From the NCBI RefSeq assembly GCF_030028105.1, contig NC_092374.1, forward strand, positions 171,516,432-171,580,431: 64,000 nt of DNA. The letters are read 5' to 3'. Below are positions 24,545-36,931 of this stretch, piece by piece. Source of the stretch: Mobula birostris. Lineage: Eukaryota. The translations under genes and the position numbers were made by a program. Below the pieces are notes generated by a model, which saw only the letters and a list, made by a program, of their open reading frames with translations, did no database searches and was not told the origin of the DNA. Numbering within the stretch: position 1 is the stretch's first letter; each line of letters starts with the position of its first letter.

Positions 24545-26123
24545 TTGCGCAAAAGAGAAAAATGCTAGCTTATTTAACCTATCCTCAAAAGACGTGCTCT
24601 CCACGTCAGGCAGCATCCTGGTAAATCTCTTCTGCACTCCCTCTAAAGCTTCCACATCCTCCCTATAATGAGGCAACACTATACTCCAGGTGTGGTCTAG
24701 CCAGAGTTTGATGGAGCTGCGACATTACCTCTTGGTTCTGGAGCTCAACCCTCCAATTAACAAAGGCCACCACACACACACCTTCTTAACACCCTATCAA
24801 CTTTTGTGACAACTTTGAAGGATCCACGGGCGTGTTTAATAACATTTTTCCTGCAACAGCGTGGCCAAAAACTGTCATGTCTGTGGAACGTAAAGCCACA
24901 AAGTTCTGCCAGCTGAGCTGTGGATGAGACAGTGATAGTGCACCCTGCTCTCTTCAGTTCAAATACCACAACACTGCAGGGCACCATCCTCATAACTACT
25001 GGTGAATAGGTAGGATCGGTGGCTGCCCTCCAATTACTAGTGCACCGGGGACTCCATGGGAATGGACTCTACATGGGAAGTCTCCTGGGAACATTGACAA
25101 CTACAAAAGAAACAAATCATAATGTCTTAAAACCCAACTGTGGTAACAAGTGAGCAACTGACCGATTTATTCCACTGTTCTTAACACTATTTCTACAAAA
25201 TAGCGTTCAACAAATTGTTCAACAAATTCAAGAAGGGCTTGAAATTAATGAATTTTGTGTCATTTCAGAGTATATCCAAGGAAGACCCCAGAAGGACAGA
25301 TAAAAGGTGGGAGTGAATACAAATTTTACACTGGATAAAACTGAATCATATTTATGTTACACCAGTCCATTTAAACAGGGGCACACCTGTCACTGACATA
25401 AATAATGGACTAATATTTGCATTGCTGGATTACACACAGGACTTAGGTAGATTGTTTCTTTTGTCAAATAAAATACAGATCATAGAACATCGAATACTAC
25501 AACACAGGAATAGATCCTTCAGCCCAACATGTCAGTGCCGACCACGATACTGATTTAAACTGATCCTGTCTGCCCACACATGGTCCGTTTCCCTCCATTC
25601 CCTACATGCTCATGTGTCTGTCTAGACGTCTGTTAAACATTACTGGTATATCTGCTTCTACCAACCCACCTGGCAGTGTGTCCAGTCAGCCATCACTTTC
25701 TGTGTAGCATAGAACATAGTACACTACAGGACCTTTGGCCCAGAATGTCATGCAGATCTTTTAACCTACTCCAAGATCAATCTAACCCTTCTTTCCCACA
25801 TAGTCCTCCATTTTTCTTTCATCTATATATCTATCTAAGAGTCTCTTAAATACTCCTAATGTGTCTGCCTCTAATGCAATCCCTGGCAACTCATTCCACT
25901 CACCCATGTTTGTCTGTGTAAAGAAAGCCTCTGACGTCCCCCATACACTTTCCTCCAACCACCTTAAAATTATGCCATCTCACATTAGCAACTTCCACAC
26001 CAGGAAAAGGCACAGGCTGTCCACTCTATCTGTGTCTCGTCACCATATACTCTTCTATCAAGACACCACTCACCTTCCTTCACTCCAAAGAGAAAAGCCC
26101 TAGTTCACTCAACCTGTCCTCAT

Positions 26124-26219
26124 AACCCTCGAAGGGTTTCAGCCCAAAACATCGACTGTACTTTTTCCATAGAGGCTGCCTGGCTTGCTGAGTTCCTCCA
26201 GTATTTTGTGTGTGTGTGT
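26124..26219 (+). mobile_element. 96-bp PLE hammerhead-region insert in CR1
   Basis: cgaagggtttcagcccaaaacatcgactg...gtgtgtgt; 9-bp TSD tgtcctcat (26115-26123, 26220-26228). Confidence 0.8.
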
Positions 26220-26454
26220 TGTCCTCATCTTCTCTACTCCAAGCAACATCCTGGTAAATCTCCTCTGCACCCCCTCTAAAGCTTCCAAATTTTTCCTATA
26301 ATGAGGCAACTAGAACTGAACACAAAAGTGTTGTCTAAGAGGGTTTTATAGAGCTCCATTAGCTTCCCGCCCCTGACCAATAAATACACCATGCACCTGC
26401 TTAACCACCTATTAGCTTGACAATTCTGAGGGATCTACGGACTTTGACCTGAGC

Positions 26455-26665
26455 AGAGAGAGAGGAGAGAGGGGTGAAGGGGCAGGGAGGAGACAGAGGG
26501 AACAGAATGGGGAGAGGAGGCAGAGGAAGGATGAGGTGGTAAAGGGGTAGAAGGGGTGAGAGGAGAGGACTGAGGTGAGAGAGGTGAGAGAGGGAGAGAG
26601 GGAAGAGAAGTAGGGGGTGGAGAGGAGCAAGTGGGGGATAATAGAGAGGGGAGAGGGGAGAGAAT
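26455..26665. repeat. Polypurine (GA-rich) low-complexity tract
   Basis: About 200 bp dominated by G and A on the plus strand. Confidence 0.9.
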
Positions 26666-27107
26666 CTGTAGGTAGACATATACACCCGTGAGAGTCTCAC
26701 AAACTTGCTCACTTGTGAGAGGCAGGAATATATAAGCCCATATAGAAGCCATTCAGTGGGTCATTAGCAAACACTCACACTCCTAGTAGTAAGGGAGAGG
26801 AACAGTTTGGAAGCCCTTGGTCCACAGGCTGGAGCACTCAGACACTCCCTGGCCCTACATTTGTTGTCAAGAAGCCAGGAGCGTCAGCTCAGACACAGCA
26901 CTGGGAAACATTACTCTTAGGTAAATGTCAGAGGTGGTTTAAGGTGGTGTGGCGTAATTAGCAGTATTCTGCTAGGCCATCAGTTGTTTAATTATTCAAC
27001 TCTTCAATGAACGGAAAAGAAAGGATTCAGAATTTTAGCAAGAGTGAGTCAAATACGTGGCAATGTGAGCAGATATAATTTGCTCAATTAATTTAGATGT
27101 GACTCAC

Positions 27108-27186
27108 CTCTTCATCTTTAATGTGTTTATTAAAAAGTGCAATTCTCTTCTGGTCTGAAGTAGCACCATTTGTAGTTTGACAATCA
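27108..27186 (-). other. Candidate 79-nt exon of an unidentified transcript
   Basis: Acceptor tgtttcaatttag, donor GAG|gtgagt, two open frames, unique sequence; no recognisable homology. Confidence 0.25.
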
Positions 27187-27629
27187 CTAAATTGAAACAT
27201 CCACCAAAAGTGAACAAACATTGGGAAATTAAAATTGCTAATGTTTCTGTTCTTTAAAGAGGTTCTTGTACTAATCATCACAATGTCACAATCGTGATTT
27301 TTTTTCCCCTCTATAAAAGCTCGGCCAAATAATCTCTCTGCGTACAGACACATCTTGTGAAATATCAGTCAGCAATTTCCATTTCTTTCAACACTCCAAA
27401 TGAAAAGCTCAGCACATCACTGATGCATGTGAGTTTTTGTGGCTCCTATAAATGATGATGGGATCAAATTCGCTTCTATTGGGAAAAAAACAGTATCTTG
27501 TCAGTCATGCAAGATTTCCGGTCTATTGATATCCAAAATGAACTACAAATTAATAATATCAGAGACATAGAACATAGAATATTACAGCACCTGCCAGGCC
27601 CTTCAGCCCACAATGTTGTGCTGACATTA

Positions 27630-27875
27630 TTTTTAATGATTTAGGAACACAGTGCGCTTACAGGGCCCTTTTGGCCCAATGTGCCTGCACCACCCAGTTA
27701 CACCCATGTGACCGACTAACCTACTAACCCATACATCTTTGGAATGTGAGAGGGAGCTGGAGGACCCAGAATAAACCCATGCTGTCACAGGGAGAATGTA
27801 TAAACTCCTCACCGACAGTGGGGGAATTGAACCCGCCTCGCTGGCGCTATAATAGTGGTACGTGTCACCGTGCCA
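27630..27875 (-). mobile_element. V-SINE/HE1-like tRNA SINE
   Basis: B-box ggaattgaaccc on the reverse strand, V-domain gggagaatgtataaactcc. Confidence 0.8.
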
Positions 27876-28329
27876 GTTTTAACCAACTCAGTTCACAATG
27901 TTGTGCCAACCTTTGAGCCTACAGTAAGATCAATCTAACCCTTCCCTCCTACATAGCCCTCCAATTCTCTTTTACCCATATACCTAACTAAGAGTTTCTT
28001 AAGACTTTCAGTGATGGAGGACGTTTGGAACTTCGGATTGGCACTAACTCACTGAAGGAGTCGCCGGTGGGTCCCACTGCCCTGCTGTCGCCCCACTGCC
28101 ATGCTACCTTTCCCTCACTACTAATCCCATTTTGAGAAGTCCCCTTGAATCTGCTTCCACTGCTCCTCCACATCAGGTAATGTAGATCACCACTGTTCGC
28201 TGGCCTAAGCTCCTCCCATCCGTTCTGGCCCACCTGAGACATGAGCCAGCACACTCACCGTTGGTTGGTGCCACTCTTCCAGTGGAGCTGTTGACTCCTT
28301 ATCCATCCCACCAAATCCCTTTCCATTGA

Positions 28330-29057
28330 CACTCAGTGGCCACTCTATTAAGTACAGGAGGTACCTAATAAGCTGGCTACTGAGTGGATGTTCGCGGCCT
28401 TCTGCTGCAATAGCCCATCCACTTCAAAGTTTGACATGTTGGGTGCCGAGAGTGCTCTTCTCCACACTGCTGTTGTAACGCGTGGTTATTTGAGTTACTG
28501 TCTCCTTCCAGTCAGTTTGAATCAGTCTGGCCATTCCCCACTGACCTCTCTCATCAATAAGGCATTTTCGTCCACAGAACTGCCACTCACTAGAGGCTTT
28601 GGGGTTTTTTTGGCACTATTCTCTGTAAATTCTAGAGACTGCTGTTCGTGGAAATCCCATGAGATCAGCAGTTTCTGAGATACTCAAACCAGCCCATCTG
28701 GCACCAAGACACACACAATGCTGGAGGAACTCAGCAGGCAGCAGGACCGTCCTGCAGAAGGGTTTTGGCCTGAAATGTTGACTGTACTCTTTTCCCAGAT
28801 GCTCCTCCAACATTTTGTGTGTGTTGCTTGGATTTCCAGCATCCGCAGATTTTCTGTTGTCCACGTGGCTCCAACAATCATTCCACATCATTTACACTTC
28901 TTCCCCATTCTGCTGTTCGATCTGAACAACAGCTGAACCTCTTGACCATGCCTGCGTGCTTTTATGCATTCAGTTGCCGCTCTGAATGGCTGATTAGGTA
29001 TTTGCATTAATGAGCAGGTGCACAGGTGTACCTAATAAAGCAGCCACCATAAGTCTA
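28330..29057 (-). mobile_element. Tc1 non-autonomous element with a doubled TIR, containing a PLE insert (28708-28865)
   Basis: TIR cactcagtggccactctattaagtac; GARWAGLSISETADLMGF; PLE insert has TSD tggcaccaa/tggctccaa. Confidence 0.85.
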
Positions 29058-30403
29058 TGCATGCTTCCAAACACCATCTCACACTGTTAAAGGAACTTTC
29101 AGTGCTGGATTAATGCCAGTTTTATTAGTATTCCCTTCGAGTAATCAGTAACTCCTCTCCCAGAATTGAAAAGGACTGACAAAGAGCAGATTACATGGTT
29201 TCAGAAAAAGGTTATTGCAAAGATTTGATGCTTCACTGACAATTTTCTGTTACGGCTTTTTCTTTAGTACGTCCTCGAAATACTGATGTATGCAATGATC
29301 TGAATGGATAGCACACCAAGTTTTCACTGTATCTCAGAATGTGTGACAATAGTGAACCAAATTACCAATTACCCAGATCTCTGGTGCTGTGAGACAGCAG
29401 CTGTCACAGCTGCACCTCTGTGCTGCCCCAGTTGAGGCAAATTCAGGTGGCATTACAAGGAGGGGAAGTAGATACTTCAAATTCCTGTTATTCAGAATGA
29501 TCCCTAGAAGATCTTCCTCCCATGCTGAGAAGTGAGAATATTTCAAGAAAAAAGTACCAAAATGGAGATGAATGAGTCAAGGTTTAAAAGGGAGGTGTAG
29601 AAGATACAAGGCAACTTGGGCGCCATCTCCTGTCTTGACCCATTCATCAGAAAGTAAGTGTACAGCACACACACTTCAGCAAACACAGATAGTAATGCCT
29701 GAAATCCAGAGGGAGGTCAGATAACGGCAGTAACAGAAGGGCAAAGAGTATCTGCGGAGAGAGAAACCACTATGGTTTAAGGTGGATGGCCTTCTCCCAG
29801 CACTGGTTCAATGAGCAGAGACATTAACTCTGCTGGAGCACTGAAAACCTTTTCACACCTGCTCCCTTCCCTTCCACATCTTGCAAACATCACAACCACT
29901 AAGTTGCTCTGATTACTTGTGACTTCCCAGTATTTGAATGTCAATTGGATTTAACATTGAGGGAAGCCAGAGAGTAGTAGTAGTGGTTGCCATGGTTACC
30001 ACGGTTGCCTCATCCTCCCTTTAGAATACTTCTTCTTTGGAATGAATTGATCCTGCATCTTCTGAATTACTTCCAGAAACTCCAGCCACTGCTACTCTAC
30101 CATCATCTCTGCTAGTGTCCCCTTCCAATCCACGTTGGACAGATGCTCTCTCATGCCTCTCGAGTTACCTTAACTAAGCTGTAATACTGATACATCTAGT
30201 GCCATGTTAAAGTTGTGTAGGATGTTGGTGTGGCCAGATTTTGGAGCACAGTTCTGCTCACACACCTACAGGAAAGATATGTATAAGTCTGAAAGAGTGC
30301 AAAGAAAATTTATGTGAATGTAGCCAGGACTTGAGATCCTGAGTTACAGGGATAGATTGATAGGTTAGGACATTATTCCTTGATGTGGAAGAGATCATAG
30401 AGG

Positions 30404-32607
30404 TGTAATGCCCTGGTTAAGATTTTCACTGCTATGCTGTAGGTATTTCATTTTAACAGTTATGTAAGAGCAGACTGCTCTCAGCTTGTTTGGGTTTGAG
30501 CTAAGATAAGAGGCTGGCTAATCAACTTAGGATTTGCTGTCAGCCAATCAGGATAGTGGAATTGGGAGAAGGTTCTGGAGAACACTGGGTTGAAGATCTT
30601 TGTTGGCGGGAGCTGGAAGGAGACAGGGAAAAAAAATGGCTGAGGATGCCGACCCTGTTGCACGTGTGCTTAGTGCAGATGAATGGCTTCAAGAAGGAAC
30701 AGCCAGTACTCCCATGACAGAACCATTAGTTTGAGATAGATTTCGAGCGACACTCTGAAGGTTCTGTGCTTTCATGCAGACCAAGGGTCCAGCACGTGAG
30801 TCACAGACAAGTTCAAGATGAGCTCTAACTTAAGTGCACACTTGACTGTTTAAGATTAATGGGCCTTTTTTGTTCCTTTCTTTCATTCTTTTAAAACTGT
30901 TTGCTTAAATTAACATTCTTAAATATACTTCTGTTTAATTATAAGACTATAAGACCATAAGATATAGGAGCAGAAGTAGGCCACTTGGCCCATTAGGTCT
31001 GCTCCGCCATTCAATCATGGGCTGATCCAATTCTTCCAGTCATCCCCACTCCCCTGCCTTCACTCCATTCCCTTTGATGCCCTGGCTAATCAAGAACTTA
31101 TCTACCTCTGCCTTAAATATACTCAATGACTTGGCCTCCACAGCCGCTCGTGGCAACAAATTCCGTAGATTTACCACCCTCTGATGAAAGTAATTTCTCC
31201 GCATCTCAGTTCTAAATGGATGTTCTTCAATCATGAAATCATGCCCTCTTGTCCTAGAATCCCCTACCAGGGGAAACAACGTTGCCATATCTAATCTGTT
31301 CAGGCATTTTAACATTCGGAATGTTTCTATAAGATCCCCTCTCATTCTCCTGAACTCCAGGGAGTACAGCACAAGAGCTGCCAGACATTCCTCATACAGT
31401 AACCCTTTCATTCCTTGAATCATTCTTGTGAATCTTCTCGGAACCCTCTCCAATGTCAGTATATCCTTTCTAAAATAAGGAACCCAAAACTGCACACGAT
31501 ATTCCAAGTGTGGTCTCACGAGTGCCTTATAGAGCCTCAACATCACATCCCTGCTCTTATATTTTATACCTCTAGAAATGAATGCCAACATTGCATTCAC
31601 CTTCTTCACAACCGACTCAACCTGGAGGTTAATCTTTAGGGTATCTTGCACAAGGACTCCCAAGTCCCTTTGCATCTCTGCATTTTGAATTCTCTCCCCA
31701 TCTAAATAATAGTCTTCCCATTTATTTCTTCCACCAAAATGACCATACACTTTCCAACATTGTATTTCATTTGCCACTTCTTTGTCCATTCCCCTAAACT
31801 ATCTAAGTCTCTCTGCAGGCTCTCTGTTTCCTCAACACTACCTGCTCCTTCGCCTATCTTTGTATCATCAGCAAATTTAGCCACAAATCCGTTAATACCG
31901 TAATCCAAATCATTGACATACATCGTAAAAAGCAGCGATCCCAACCCCGACCCCTGTGGAACTCCACTGGTAACCGGCAGCCAGCCAGAATAGGATCCCT
32001 TTATTCCCAGTCTCTGTTTTCTGTCGACCAGCTGATGCTCCACCCATGCTAGTAACTTCTCTGTAATTCCATGGGCTCTTATCTTGCTAAGCAGCTTTAT
32101 GTGTGGCACCTTGTCAAAGGCCTTCTGAAAATCCAAGTACACCATGACTACTACATCTCCTTTGTCTACCCTGCTTGTAATTTCCTCAAAGAATTGTAGT
32201 AGCTTTGTCAGGCAGGATTTTCCTTTCAGGAAACCTTGCTGGCTTTGGTCTACCTTGTCATGTGCCTCCACGTACTCCGTAATCTCATCCCTAACAATCG
32301 ATTCCAACAACTTTCCAACCACTGATATCAGGCTAACAGGTCTATAGTTTCCTTTCTGCTGCCTCCCACCCTTCTTAAATTGTATGTAGTTATTTCCTGC
32401 TGGGGGCAGTAAATCACACAGCATTCACACAAACCAGGGTTTGCGTAGGCAAGGCATCCCAACGTCATGGATTTGGCAGGACCAAAGTTATACACACCTG
32501 AGACATACGAAGCTGGAGAAAAGTGAGTTTGTTGCCATGGAATTCAGTGGCTATTAGTACAGAGCTAATGAGCTGGTTTTCCACAGATGCCCAGTATGAG
32601 GGTTTCA
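30404..32607. mobile_element. Solo LTR (~765 bp net) inserted in an old CR1 and interrupted by a younger CR1
   Basis: tgtaatgccct...agggtttca inverted termini; 4-bp TSD gagg (30400-30403, 32608-32611); host CR1 rejoins as atagagg|tatagaaaattatgaggg. Confidence 0.75.
30941..32380 (-). mobile_element. CR1 LINE RT region, frameshifted
   Basis: ORFs 31702..32424 and 31040..31789: GNYRPVSL, YLDFQKAFDKVPH, GVPQGS, KFADDTK. Confidence 0.95.
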
Positions 32608-32669
32608 GAGGTATAGAAAAATTATGAGGGTTAGTGACAGGGTGAATGCATGGAGGTTTTTCCCCTCAG

Positions 32670-33603
32670 AGAAACATAGAAAACCTACAGCACAGTACAG
32701 GCCCTTCGGCCCATGAAGTTGTGCCAAACATGTCCCTACCTTGGAAATTTCTAGGCTTACGTATAGCCCTCTATTTTTCTAAGCTCCATGTACCTATCCA
32801 AAAGACTCTTAAAAGACCCTATCGTATCCACCTCCACCACCGTTGCCAGCAGCCCATTCCATGCACTCACCGCTCTCTAAGTAAAAAACTTACCCCTGAC
32901 ATCTCCTCTGTACCTACTCCCCAGCACCTTAAACCTGTGTCCTCTTGTGGCAACCATTTCAGCCCTGGGAAAAAGCCTCTGACTATCCACATGATCAATG
33001 CCTCTCATCATCTTATACACCTCCATCAGGTCTCCTCTCATCCTCTGTCGCTCCGAGGAGAAAAGGCCGAGTTCACTCAACCTGTTCTCATAAGGCATGC
33101 TCCCTAATCCAGGAAACATCCTTGTAAATCTCCTCTGCACCCTTTCTAGGGCTTCCACATCCTTCCTGTAGCGAGGCGACCAGAACTGAGCACAGTACTC
33201 CAAGTGGGGTCTGACCAGGGTCCTATATAGCTGCAACATTACCTCTCGGCTCCTAAACTCAATTCCACAATTGATGAAGGCCAATACACCGTAAGCCTTC
33301 TTAACTACAGAGTCAACCTGCGCAGTTGCTTTGAGTGTCCTATGGACTCAGACACCAAGATCCTCCACACTGCCAAGAGTCTTACCATTAATACTATATT
33401 CTGCCATCATATTTGACCTACCAAAATGAACCACTTCACACTTATCTGGGTTGAACTCCATCTGCCACTTCTCAGCCCAGTTTTGCATCCTATTAATGTC
33501 CCACTGTAACCTCTGACAGCCCTCCACACTATCCACAACACCCCTAACCTTTGTGTCATCGGCAAACTTATTAACCCATCCCTTCACTTCCTCATCCAGG
33601 CCA
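32670..33603 (-). mobile_element. CR1 LINE 3' part (same subfamily as 35730-36931 and 38085-40823)
   Basis: KFADDTK, LVRPHLEYCAQFWSP, tail agaaacatagaaaacc. Confidence 0.95.
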
Positions 33604-34915
33604 TCTTGAGATGAGAAATGGAGATCATAGTTAAGGATGAAGGTGAAATATTTAAGGGGAGCCTCCTCGCTCAGATGGTGCTGTGAGTGTGGAACAAGTT
33701 GCCAGGAGAGGTCATGGATGTGGGTTCAATAGTAATATTTAAGAGAACTTTGGATAGTTACATGGATGAGGGGTGTATGGATGACTATTCTCCTGGTGCA
33801 AGTAGATGGGAATAGGCAGAAACAAGGCTAGCATGGACTAGATGGGACAAAAGGCCTGTTTCTATGCTGTAGTTCTCTGTGACCCTGACTCCTGCTCACT
33901 TTATGGTGTTCTTCCTTCTTGGTTCCTCATCAAACACCACCCCGAACAAAGAGACGTGCAAGACAGATATTTGGTAATGGTCATCTGGTGCTTCCATCTT
34001 ATTTCCTTAGGCAATCCCTTAGGATCAGAGATCAGAGATGACCTGCTTCCACTTCTATTGTGTGGGATTGGAGGTGGTTGATGAGGCCGCTAGGGGACAC
34101 ACAGAAATGGGTGAGCAATCTGAGAGGTGACCCACTCCATCTTACTCTGGCCTTCCACATGCTCCCAACACATGGACTCATGGCCCTTGATCCACTTGGT
34201 CAAGAAGACTTTGAACACATACGTGAATCTTTTCCTCTGTCATCCCAATATTTCTTCCCTGAAATAGTGTCTGGGGAATTGGTATTGATACTGGTTTTGA
34301 TTAATGTTTTCACTTGGAGCAAGATACAGTGAAAAGTTTGTATTGCATCTTGTTTATACAGATTAAACCATCACCCATTTCATTGAGCTAGGATTAGGTA
34401 AAACAAGACATACCGGTGGGAGGTTAGTTGGTCATTGTAAATTGTCCTGTGAGTAGACTAGGGTTAAATTGGGGATTGTTGGGTGTTGTGGCTTGAATGG
34501 CCGGAAGGGCCTATTGTGCATTGTATTTCAATCAATCAATCAATCAGTCAATAAATAGGTAGATAGATAGATAAAATGCAAAATAATATGTAAAAGCTAC
34601 CAATAAAACGTGCAGTGCAGGTAAACGATAAAATGCAAAGTCATAATGGGGTAGATTGTGAAGCCAAGAGTCCATCGTATCATACACGAGGTCCATTCAG
34701 GAGTCTGATAACAGTGGGATAGAATTTATCCTTGAGCCTGCTGCAATGTGCTTTCAGATTTTCATATTCTCTGCCTAATAGGGGAGGAGAGAAGAGTGAA
34801 TGATGAGAGCTTTTCCACCCATTATTAACCCTCCCTAAACTCGGTTCATTGACTTTACTGTCCAAAGAAAGGTTGCTGCTCAGTCACTCAGTTCCGGTGA
34901 CCAAAATAGCTAACT

Positions 34916-35564
34916 GCGGCCACTTCGGTGATGATGCCTGTTATCTGTCAAGTAGGAGACCGTGCACAATTCTGATTTGATGGAGACAGACGTGAGAGCA
35001 CAGCAGAACATCTGGAAAACTTCTGAAATGCCCGCTTCGCTGCCGCTGCTACTGTGTGGTAGCCGGAATCTCCAGAGCTGAAGGCCCCGAAATCCTCAGC
35101 TTTGCATCTTTCAGCAGCCGGGGAGAGGTCGAAGGCACTTGGCAGAGTATGGCGCTCGGGAGGCTGTATCGGAGAGGCTGCTCGGAAACTCGAAGTTTTC
35201 GGACGGATGGACTCAGTGTCGGCTGGGGTCAGCTGCTTCCAAGGTATCGGCAAGTTGACGGTGCCTGGAGGCTTATGGCAGGGAGTTTCTCCCTTTTGCT
35301 GCCTGCTCTCGGGGACTCGGGAGTCAATCAACTCGGGACTTTGAGACTTTTTTTTACTGTGCCCATGGTCTGTTCTTTATCAAATTATGCTATTGCTTTG
35401 CACTGCTGTAACTATATGTTATAATTATGTGGTTCTGTCAGTGTTAGTCTTTGGTCTGTCACTGTTTTCTGTGCTATCACTCCGGAGAAACATTGTATCA
35501 TTTCTTAATGCATGTATGCATTTCTAAATGACAATAAAAGAGGACTGAGTGTACTCAATCTAAT
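34916..35564 (+). mobile_element. CpG-rich non-coding retroposon with (aatct)n tail; the same 3' end occurs at ~57890-58042 (+) and ~62101-62240 (-)
   Basis: Shared tail gcatttctaaatgacaataaa..gactgagtgt; TSD ctaact (34910-34915, 35565-35570). Confidence 0.7.
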
Positions 35565-35729
35565 CTAACTATCCAAACACTCAGTACCAATGACCAAGGG
35601 ACACTTAACTACCCAGCACTCGGTATTAGTAACCAAGGGACATTTATCTACCCAGCAATCAGTACCAGTGACCAAAAGACATTGAACTACCCAGCACTCG
35701 GTACTGATGACCAAAAGGACACTTAACTA

Positions 35730-36931
35730 AACACATTGATGAAGGAAGAGCAAGATGTAGCGTATATGGATCTCAGCAAGGCATTTGATAAGGTACCCCA
35801 TGCAAGGCTTATTGAGAAAGTAAAGAGGCATGGGATTCAAGGGGACATTGCTTTGTGGATCTTGCACTGGCTTGTCCACAGAAGGCAAAGAGTGGTTGTA
35901 GACGGGTCATATTCTGCATAGAGGTCGGTCACTAGTGGGGTGCCTCAGGGATCTGTTCTGAGACCCTTACAACTTCATGATTTTTATAAATGACCTGCAT
36001 GAGGAAGTGGAGGGATGTTTAGTAAATTTGCTGATGACACAAAGGTCGGAGGTGTTGTGGATAGTGTGGAGGGCTGTCAGAGATTACAGCAGGACATTGA
36101 TGGGACGCAAAACTGGGCTGAGAAGTGGCAGATGGAGTTCAACCCACACAAGTGTGAAGTGGTTCAATTTGGTAGGTCAAATATGATGGCAGAATATAGT
36201 ATTAATGGTAAGACTCTTGGCAGTGTGGAGGATCAGAGGGATCTTGGGGTCTGAGCCCATAGGACACTCAAAGCAGCTGCACAGGTTGACTCTGTGGTTA
36301 AGAAGGCATATGGTATATTGGCCTCCATCAATCGTGGCATTGGATTCAGAAGCCGAGAGATAATGTTGCAGCTATATAGGACTCTGGTCAGACCCCGTTT
36401 GGAGTACTGTGCTCAGTTCTGGTCGCCTCACTACAGGAAGGATGTGGAAGCCATAGAAAGGGTGCAGAGGAGATTTACAAGGATGTTGCCTGGTTTGGGG
36501 AGCATGCCTTATGAGAACAGGTTGAGTGAACTCGGCCTTTTCTCTTTGGAGTGGCAGAGGATGAGAGGTGACCTGATAGAGATGTATAAGATGATGAGAG
36601 GCATTGATCGTGTGGATAGTCAGAGGCTTTTTCCCAGGGCTGAAATGGTTGCCACAAGAGGACACAGGTTTAAGGTGCTGGGTAATAGGTACAGAGGGGA
36701 TGTCAGGGGTAAGTTTTTTACTCAGAGAGTGGTGCATAGAATGGGCTGCCAGCAACAGTGGTGGTGGCAGATACGATAGGGTCTTTTAAGAGACATTTAA
36801 ATAGGTACATGGAGCTTAGAAAAATAGAGGGCTATAGGTAAGCCTAGTAATTTCTAAGGCGGTGACATGTTCAGCACAACTCTGTGGCCCAAATGGCCTA
36901 TATTGTGCTGTAGGTTTTCTATGTTTCTATG
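35730..36931 (+). mobile_element. CR1 LINE, 5'-truncated
   Basis: YMDLSKAFDKVPH, KFADDTK, (tttctatg)n tail; TSD taacta (35724-35729, 36932-36937). Confidence 0.95.

Larger units (their letters stand above)
22990..26450 (-). mobile_element. Cluster of nested, decayed CR1 3' ends (~22990-23808, ~24545-24850, ~25475-26450)
   Basis: YREDVEALEGVQKRFTRML, DLREVYRMIRGIDR, (catagaa)n tails. Confidence 0.8.

Noticed and set aside
26401-26752. Pro/Leu/Ser-rich ORFs
   Set aside because: Translations of the GA low-complexity tract
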